This document shows positions 28,980-37,975 of a stretch of 49,042 nucleotides of DNA, in pieces. This stretch comes from Chrysochromulina tobinii (Eukaryota). How positions within the stretch are numbered: position 1 is the first letter of the stretch; each line of letters begins with the position of its first letter. The translations under genes and the position numbers were made by a program. The stretch is taken from assembly GCA_001275005.1 (NCBI GenBank), contig JWZX01002021.1, forward strand, positions 1 to 49,042, written 5' to 3'. The notes under the pieces are model-generated. The model saw only the letters and a program-made list of their open reading frames with translations. It did no database searches and was not told the origin of the DNA.

Positions 28980-31900
28980 CGATGATAATGATGATGATGA
29001 TGATGTTGGCGGCCCGCGACGTGATGGGCTGCGCCGATGCTGCTCGGGGCTGCGCGTGCCCCACTCACCCTCCACCGCAGCCGAGGCGCGCAGGAGACCA
29101 CTATGCCGATGCTGCCAGCGGTCGAGTTTATCAAGACGGTCCTCTGCCCTGATCGACTGGGCATCGAGCCGCTCCAGCTCCTCCTTAGCTTCATCGCCCT
29201 CCGAGGCGAGGGCCTGACGGTGCATCTGCAACTTTCGCCACTGCTCCTTCCGGCGCGTGAAGTCGTCGGCGAAGAAGCGTTGTTCCAAGCGGTCGAGCGT
29301 GGCGAGGTGGCGCTCCGCGAGACTGCGCATCAGCTCGCGCGCACGGCGCAGCTCGTCGTTTGCCTCGTGCGCTGTCGCCTCGCGCGCTCGGCGTGCCGCA
29401 CGCGCCTGCACCGCCGCTATTGTCGCATCAAGTAAGCTCTCCACGATACTCGCTGCCACCCCACGGTGGGTCGCCGCGAGCCGCGCCTCGGCCTTTTCCC
29501 GTGCCGCCGCGGCCGCCTTCTCGGCCGCCTCCTCGGCCGCCGCATGCACTTCCTCGCTCTCCACCCCTACCTCACCCCGGCGACGACGGCGCTGAAAGGC
29601 AGCACGCTCCTCAGTGGCAGCCTCGGCCGCCTCCCGCTCGATGGCCGCCCTCTCCGCCGCACGCGCCGCCCGTCGCGCCGCCACAGCCAGTGCCTCGAGC
29701 CGTTTCTGCTCGTCCAGCTGATCCACCGTGCCGAATACTAGAGAGCCCAGCTGATCTAGGCCCCCATGCAGCACGCTCACGTCGTTGCGCAGGTCGCCCA
29801 CCGCCTCCCAATCATGAGGCGGGTCGTAATCGAGCCCGAGCGCACCGCGCGGTGTGACCTCGGCCTCGTCCTCAGACTCCGGGGGAGTGTCGGGCCACGG
29901 GTTCTTGACCTCAAACTCCTTGAGAATGCGATCGACGCCCTTCTCGAACACCATCCATAGGTCGGCGAGCGTGCCGAATGAGGAGAAGGCGGGATCGTTT
30001 GCCTCTTGCTCGAGCATGTCCAAGCGCACCTTGACCTGCGCCTCAGCCAGGATCGAGAGGAAGAGCGTGAGCAGTATGAAGACGGCGACGAAGAGGTAGC
30101 ACAGCATCAAGATCACGGAGAAGTAGCCCGACGATCTCTGCATCGCTTCGACGAAGTCAAAGTCGATGAAGAACGCACTCATGACCGAGATCATCGCGGG
30201 CACCTGGTCGTAAAAGTCGTTGACGACGGGGCCCAGAATGACCCAAAGCAGCGACGAGAAGGAGAAGATGGTGATGCCGACCGTCAATGCGAAGAAGAGC
30301 ATATCGACCATCGCATGGCGTAGCGTGTCCGTGGCGATGCTCATCTTCGGAATCAGTGCCGACGAGTACTTGGCTACCTTGAGCAACTGCACGCACAGGT
30401 TGAACGAGAAGAGCTCCTTCAGCCATCTGTACTCGCCCATCAGCTGCCAGTCATCGAAGTAGCCGAGCTCGCGGCAGAGGTACGAGCCCTCGCAATCGCG
30501 CGCCTTGAGCAGCCGCTCGACGATGAGCACCTGCCAGTACGTGAGCCCAAAAATGAGAAAGTTGAGCCAGTCGGCAAAGTTCCACATGTCGGTGAAGTAG
30601 TTGAGCAGGTTGGCGAACCCCTTTTGGCCCATGCGAGCCATGCGCACGAGCTCGAGCAGAACAAACATGACGACGGTGAAGAGGGAGACGCGCGAGTAGA
30701 AGCTCAGGTCCTCGAGCTTCTGCGGATGCGTCGCCATCGTCTCGATGTGATAAGAAGGGAGTACCGTCCCAAGCGACGTGAGCTCGAGGACGAGGGTGAG
30801 ACGGTAACGCACGCCCACGTGGTTCGAATTGAACTGCAGCGTGATCGTGAGCACGCGCGAGAGCGCATCGAGGTAGTGGCCGCGGCGAAGATCGCCCCAG
30901 AGCTCCTCCACGGCCGCGCGCACCACGCCCGTCAACTCGCCATCATTCGTGCGCAGATTGCTCGTAGGGTCGCACAACTGTCGCACCTGCGCGCCGTTGT
31001 GCGAGAGGCGCACGCAGTAGTAGCGCACGTGCCGATCGTTGGTCGCGTTCACCGCACTCGTGCGGAAGTCCTCAACCTCTTCGAAGGAGCCCACCTGGTT
31101 GGGCAGCAGCACGTCCGAGAAGAAGGGGATCACAAGCGCCACGTAGCCAGCGCTCTCGTATGGTTCCCTCGTGAGCGCCACCAGATTCGCGGAGCTCAGA
31201 CCTCGCGGGTCCGCCCCAAGCTCCGTGGCAGAGTACCAGTAAAACGGGTGCACCATCGGCTCGCCCGGGTGCGAAAAGTTGACCCCGTACGGCACCGCAG
31301 AGCCCGTACCGAAGCCGAGCTCCGGGTAGCAGAAGCCGTCCGGGAGCGCCGAGTCGAGCAGGTGAGGATGAGGCTCGTTGGTGCGCGACGCGCCGTACGG
31401 ACGCGGCGGCCGGGACGGCATGGGCGGGGCGGGCGGCCTTGGCGGGGGGGATGGCTGCGCGGGCGCCATCGGCGGCTGCGGCGGCAGCAAGGGCGGCGGC
31501 CGATTGCCCACTTCATAGTGCGCGAGCAGTACCTTGCCATCGAGCCCGAGGGTAGCGTTCGCGCTGCACGTGGTGGCTGAGCGCTCATGGGGTCGGAATG
31601 GTCCGCTCTGCGCCCGATTCCAATTGACCGGCTGGAAGTGGTACCAATCGCTGCTGGGGGCGAAGCGGCACGCGGAGCGACGCGTGCCGTTTGAAAATTC
31701 GGGCAGGCCGCTGGGCTTCCGCCAGCAGCATCCGTCTCGCCTCTGCGCCTCGCACGCCGCGGTGCATTCTTCGACCGTGATGTTGTCGTCACCGAGGAGG
31801 ATCCCTATGAGCGCTTCGTCGCCGCCTCGATCGCAGGCGGCGCCCGGCACAAAGGGCCCACAGGTGATGTCGTAGCACACCTCCGGCGGGCAAGGCGGCT

Positions 31901-32990
31901 CCACAAACGTCACGTTGCCGGGCACGTACCGTTCCGTCCGGAGACGTGGTCGCATCGTGCGCGGCCACGGCAGATCCGGATCGCAAGGTTGGTCGCGCGT
32001 GCGGGCCACACGGAAGGTGATGCCCTCGCTCCAATCCAGCTTGTCCATCCGGCGCACGAGCTCAAACAGGTCGGCAGGCGTCGGGCCGCGCATATTGTTC
32101 GTCGGCGTCTGCTTCGGGTACATGCTCAACGGCCCCTCGCCATCAGGCCAAGCGTCGTCCTGGCACCGCTTGTTTGCGAGCGTGTCGCGTACCCCCACGG
32201 AGGCGTTGCACGGGCCCATGCCGCCAAAAAGTCCGGGCCAGAGCACCTGGTCGCCCCACTTGTAGATGTCGCCGATGCGCTTGATCTGCATGAAAGTCAG
32301 GTGATTGTGCCCAAAAGGGCGCGCGAGCAGCGTGTCGGTCACGGCCTTGTGCACATAATACTCCTCCTTAGTACGCACGGTACCCGCGAACTCTTGAAAG
32401 ACGAGCACGTACGAGATGTAGAGGATCGTCTGGAAGCCGACGGTGTTGACGAAGTTCATGACCTTGTCAAAGAGCGACTCCGTCACCTGCAAGTTGCGAA
32501 TCATTTGGAGTGCCCTATAAAACTCCTCAAAGTCGAGCTCGCCCGAGCCGTCGTCCACGGACTTACAGATGCGATCGAGTTCGCGTTGAGTGATGCGGAT
32601 CTTGAGCACCCTGAGCATCGCCGCCATCTCGGCCAACGAGACGGCGCCGGTGCCGTCGCGGTCAAAGGTTTGGAAGACGCGCTTGAGCAGGACCGGGTCG
32701 TTGGTCGGCTTGCCGCTCCGCGGGCTGAAGAGCGCCACCTTTTGAATGCGCTTGTTGCGAGCGGCGAGCCGCTCGGCCGCCGCCCTGGCCGCGGGCAGCG
32801 CCGTCGCGTCGGGCGGCTTGGCGATCTTGGCCTTCTTGGTGGCGTGCTTCACGAGCGGCACCATGGAGCCGCCCTTCTTGGACGCCGCCGCCGCCGCCAC
32901 CAAGCCGCCCGCGTTGGCCAGCCGCGCGAGGCCGTGGCCGTGCTGTCGGCCCCATATGCCTTGGGCGCCATCGGCCATGGGCGGCGCCAT
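28659..32990 (-). CDS. Polycystin-2/TRPP-like channel with N-terminal EF-hand pair, expanded extracellular TOP domain, coiled-coil tail and C-terminal Tudor/SH3-like barrel (1443 aa)
   Basis: EF loops DRDGTGAVSLAE and DDGSGELDFEEF. TOP-domain motifs TFMQIKRIGDIYKW...LWPGL and LRRGHYLDALSRVLTITL. TM region YFTDMWNFADWL, LLKVAKY, YLFVAVFILLTLFLSIL. The 33017 start is TTG; first ATG is 32990. Confidence 0.85.
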
Positions 32991-33248
32991 GGGCGGCGCC
33001 TTGGGCGACGGGCACAAACTGGCGCACGGAGAGAGGGTGTGCGATGACTGATGCGATGGGGCGTTTTGGCCTTCAGAATGTACAGCAACTGTAGCTTCCT
33101 GGGAATTACATGTGTTTAGGAGGATTAAGAATTGTACAAGAGTTTGGTGGGAAGGATTTTACACGTGAGGTTCCTTATTTGGACATTCCGCCTTCATCAC
33201 TCCTTCATCAGTCCCTTCATCTGTCCCTTCTTCGCCGCCTGCCCCATC

Positions 33249-36200
33249 ATGGACACGGACGATTTCGACGCGGCGCCCCCACCTGCAGCGGCGCCCTCAA
33301 ACCCCTTGATCGCCGAGCCGGCCAAGTCGGGCCGCTCCAACTGCAAGAAGTGCAAGGGCCTCATCGATAAGGGTACACTCCGACTCGGCCGGGTCTATGA
33401 CAACGGTGACCGCATCATGACGAGCTGGTATCACCCATCGTGCTGGCCCGTGCCCAAGAAGAACTTTGCCTCGGTTGACGAGATCGAGGGCTGGGACACC
33501 CTCTCCAACGAGCACAAGCAAATCATCCTCGACCTCGTGCCGGGCAAGCCTCCGCGCGCAAGTGGTGCGGCTGGTGCTTCCGCCTCGCACAAAGTTTCAG
33601 CCAGCGGCAGCAGCGGCGGCGGCGGCGGCGGTGCCTCCGGCTCGATCCTGTCCTTCTTTGGCGGCGCCACTTCCGCCGCCGCCTCCACCTCCGCCGGTGC
33701 CTCGTCCAAGACGGCACCGCAGACCTCGCGGCATCTCGATGAGAGCGGCGGCACCTTCGCCGAGTTTGTCGAGCTATGCGACCGCGTGGCCAACGTGGGT
33801 TCGACGCTGAGCAAGTCGCAGCTCATCTCAAGCCACCTCGACGCACTGCTCGCGCGACGCATCGACCCGTTCCTCACTGTGCGCCTGCTGATGCCGAGCA
33901 AGAGCGGTAATGACCTTCGGGTGTTCTCTCTCAAGGACAAGTCACTGGTCGTGCACATGTCGACGGTGCTGCGTTGTTCCGAGGCCGCGATGAGCGCACA
34001 CCTCGAGAGCGCCGATGACTTTGGGACCACCGCCGAGCACTTTTACGCGCAGCGCCTCGCGAAGATCGCATCCACTGCCGCCGCCGCCGCCGCCGCCATT
34101 GGCAAGGAGGGCGAGGAGGGCGAGGAGGGCGTCGAAGCGGCCGATGACACGGTCTCGACGCTGCCGCCGCAGGGCGCGCGTCTGCACCTCGCGGACGTCA
34201 ACGGCTGGCTCGACCGACTGGCCGCACCCGACACGTCGCCGCTCAGCCTGCTCCGCGAGCTCGTCGGCAGATGCAATCTGGCATCCGAGCTGCGCGTGGC
34301 CATGCGACTAATCTCGAAAGACATACGCATCGGCGGCGGCACGGCGGTCGTGCTCAAAGGCGTGGGCGGCGACTCAGCGTACGATCGTTTTAAAGCGCAG
34401 CCCGAACAGCTACGCGCCATCGTGAGCGAGTGCAAGGGCGGACCGGGCGGAGGCCTCAGCGCCAAGGCCAAGGCTGAGGGTGGCGCCGCGGCGGGCGCGG
34501 GTAGCGGCAGTGGCAGCCTCAGCGGCGTACGCGTGGGGCGGGCGTTCAAGCCGCAGCTGGCGGGCCAGTGCAAGTCCTTCGACGACCCCGTGACGAAGTT
34601 CGCGCGAGGCTTCTATGTCGAGGTCAAGTACGACGGCGAGCGGCTGCAGTGCCACATGAAGAACGGCAAAGTCAAATTCTTCTCGCGCTCGCTCAAGGAT
34701 CCACCCGAGACCAAGGTGCGACGATTGTCTCGGGTTGCCTCGGGTTGCCTCTGATGACCTCTGATTGACACGACTTTCCTCCCTCACGGATTGCCTCCCT
34801 CATCAGGTCCGCGGGCTCGAGGCGGCGCTCTTGCGCGCCTTCCCTGGCGCAGTCGATCTCATCCTCGACGCAGAGGTGGTGATGCGTTCGACGGACGGCT
34901 CGGTGCTCGCCTTTGGCAAGCAGGGCGCGCAGGAGCAGAAAAAGTACGCGGGCGCTCACCCCGCCCTTCTAGTCTTCGACATGCTGTGCCTCAATGGCCG
35001 TGACCTGATGGGCAGGCCCTTGCGCGAACGGCGCGAGGAGCTGCTCGCGGCGCTCGTGCCCTCGGCAGCCGTTGAGGCAAGCGCCGCCAAGCTGATGACA
35101 ACGGCTGATGAGCTGCGGGCGGCCTTTGCGGAGGCGAACGCGGCGTGCCTGGAGGGGCTCATGATGAAAGACGTCACCTCTAAGTACGTGCCCAACGACC
35201 GCAAGCTATGGCTCAAGCTCAAGAAGGACTACCTCACGGACGCTGACTGCAGGTGCGCCAGGAGGGGCTCTGAATGCCACCGAGTGCCGCTGAGTACCTC
35301 TGATGAGGCAGGTGAGTACCTCTGATGAGACCGCTGAGCACCTCTGCATGCCTCTCTCCTTGCGCGGTGTAGCGCGGCGGGTCTCACAATGGTCGAGTCA
35401 GTCGACCTGGTCGTGCTTGGAGCCTTCTACGGCTCTGGCGCGAAGACGCATCTGCTGTCGTCCTTCCTGATGGGCGCTCCCGATGACGACGCGCCGTGTG
35501 GCTGGAGCGCTGTGTGTAAGCTCGCCAACGGCTTCTCTGTCGCACGCCTTGAAGAGCTTCTCAGCTTGTTTACGCAGGGCGATGGAGCGCTCATGCGCAA
35601 GCTCGACAAGGCCGCGCCGCTGCCCTCGTGGTGCCCACCTTCGGCCAAGGGTGCCTGGAGACCAGACCTGGTCCTCAAATCCAATCCGGCTGCGGGCGCG
35701 GGCGCAGTTGCGGGCGCGCCGAGCAGCCTCGTGTGGGAGGTCAAGGGGACCGAATTTTCACCGGGCTCGAAGGCGACTGGTTCGGAGGTGTCCATTCGGT
35801 TCCCACGGCTCGTGCGAGAGCGCGAGGATAAGGGCGTCGAAGATGCCACCTCATTTGCAACCATCAAAGAGATGCTGGACCTCGGGCTCGATGGCAAGAA
35901 GAAGAATGTCAACATTTCGATCGCCACGCTCACCAGCGGTGCCGCGAGCGAGGCGGCTGCGGCGGCGATGGCGGTGGCTGAGGCCGCAGGCACGTCCTCC
36001 GCGGCAGCAGCAGGGGCCTCGTCGGGCGTGTCGCCGGTGCGAGCCGCGGCGGACGATGGCGCAGAAACAGAGCTGTCCGATCAGGACGTAGAAGAGGACG
36101 AGGACGACGATGCACAGCAGGACTCACCCCTCTCTCGCCGCGCAGCCGCCGCCTCGCAGCCCTCCGTGTTTGGCGGCGGGGCCAACGGCAAGGCGAAGGC

Positions 36201-37062
36201 CGACTCCATGGCTCCATTGGTTCCGTCGGCCAACGGCAAGGCGAAGACGACAATGGACATGCGACCCTACTGCAAGTTTGGCGCCAGCTGCTACCGCAAG
36301 AACCCGCAGCATTTGGCCGAGTTTCGGCACGACGCGCCGCCGGCCGGAGGGAAGAGGTTGGATGAGGGTCGTTCCAAAGTTGGACAGGGCAAGGCCACGG
36401 GAAAGCCCAAGCCGGCAGGTAAGCGCAAGCGGCGCGCAGACGAGAGTGAGGACGACGAGGACGACGAGGACGACGAGGGCTTCATCTGTCGCAGTGGCGA
36501 TGAGGAGGATGAAGAGGATGCAGAGTGGCAGCCTGCCCCTGTGCTCCCGTCACGAACGCGTCGCGTGCATCGGCCAAAGACGTACGCTGAAGACGCCATA
36601 GACGATGAGGAGGACGAGGAGGACGAGGAGGAGGAGGAGGAGAAGGAGGAGGACCCAGAGGAGAGCGGTGGCTGTGAGGCCACGGAGGAAGACGAGCCTG
36701 AGGAAGCCCCAGGGACCGCGGCGCCGATGGACGTTGAGAGTGCGCCGCCGCTTGCGGCGGCTGCGGCCATCGGAGCGCCGGCTCCCTTGGCTCCCGCGCC
36801 TGCGCCCGCGCCCGCGCCCGTGCCGGCGGGTGCCAGCCATCGGACTGGCACGTGGGAGGTGCTGCTTGGCAAGCAGTTCAAGGCGTACGAAGAGGCGGCG
36901 GTACAGGACCAGATCGAAGCGGCGTGGCTGGCCGACGAGGACCAGGTGGAAGTGATGGTGCGTGGTTCATGTTACGTGCTGCGCATCTCGGCGTCCGAGA
37001 TGGTCCAGGAGGCTAAGGGCGATCCATCGCGCTGGCGTTCGATCCGCCGGGTCGTGCGATGA
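33249..37062 (+). CDS. LIG3: DNA ligase III-like ATP-dependent ligase, three exons (33249-34715, 34807-35252, 35373-37062; 1200 aa): zf-PARP, DBD, adenylation, OB, PBZ, acidic tract, WWE-like
   Basis: zf-PARP AEPAKSGRSNCKKC...LRLG...WYHPSC; motif I EVKYDGERLQ; LIG3-like FSRSLKDPPETKV...AFPG...ILDAEV; VFDML; EGLMMK; WLKLKKDYL; DLVVLGAFYG; SIRFPR. Both introns are GT-AG and restore the frame. Confidence 0.93.
34716..34806 (+). other. Spliceosomal intron 1 of the ligase (91 nt, GT-AG, phase 0)
   Basis: AAG|GTGCGA...TTGCCTCCCTCATCAG|GTC; the join gives PPETK-VRGL, matching LIG3 spacing. Confidence 0.9.
35253..35372 (+). other. Spliceosomal intron 2 of the ligase (120 nt, GT-AG, phase 2)
   Basis: CAG|GTGCGC...CCTCTCTCCTTGCGCGGTGTAG|C; contains an in-frame TGA. 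The join gives KKDYLTDADCSAAGLTMVESVDLVV. Confidence 0.82.
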
Positions 37063-37311
37063 GTGCGTTAGGCGATGGTGGAGACTTTTTGGCACGGTCG
37101 CCCGCGGCGCCGGGGCTTGTGATCGGATGCGGCGCGGTACTGTACTGCGCAGTCGTGTACGGGGTACCGTAACGGTTGCATCCAGTCGCGACCCACCGTG
37201 GAAACCCCCGCGGGCTCGAGAGAGGAGAGTCAGAGACAGAGTTCTGGTGCTCATGGCGGGAGCACACATCGACAGGACAGCGGTGCAACGGTGGGAGCAT
37301 CGCATACTTAG

Positions 37312-37353
37312 CGACGCCGTGGCCCGACGCTACGACGCCGTGGCCCGACGCTA
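37312..37353. repeat. Perfect 21-nt tandem duplication (intergenic)
   Basis: cgacgccgtggcccgacgcta x2. Confidence 0.9.
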
Positions 37354-37975
37354 CCCGACCGGAGTTCTAGCAGTTACTGCACCATCCTTGCTTTGGGCCT
37401 GTCCCTGTGAAAACCGCCCGCTGACCCGCGCCGGTTAACTTTTGCCACACAGCGCGGCCGTGCGGCCGGCTGCGGCGGGATCGAAGCAGACCGCCACCCG
37501 ACCGCGATCCGCGGAGGGGTCGATCCGGCGCGTCGCCGTCGGAAGCGATATCTACCTCCAGGTCCAGCGACTCCATGTGCAGCATGCACAGGAAGGAACG
37601 ATCAAATACGCAGGAAACGGCGACGCCCCGGGTACGCCCCGGGTCCCCCGCCCCGGCTGTCGCCATGGCGGTCGTGCGTTGCACCCGTACCGTGACGCGA
37701 TCATACGCCGTAGGATACGCGCGCCGGCCGGTACGGGCCGTAACCCTAACCGCGACGCACGCGCACTCAAAATGCAAAGCTAACACGCATCGACCGTCGG
37801 CTCGCGGCCGCGCGACGTGTCGCGAGTCCGTGTGCATATCTGCATAAAGGTCGTTTTAAAAGCTTCATTACCGAGTATTCGTCGTGGTTGCTACATATTA
37901 GTACGGACATGCGATCTGCACTTGTCGATGCACTTGCGGAACTTGATCATGCCCTGCCCGTGTTGCCCATTCGAT

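Noticed and set aside
33132..33248. Upstream in-frame extension of the ligase as a mitochondrial presequence, as in vertebrate LIG3
   Set aside because: The frame is open but begins at TTG with no ATG before 33249; unsupported without ribosome profiling.
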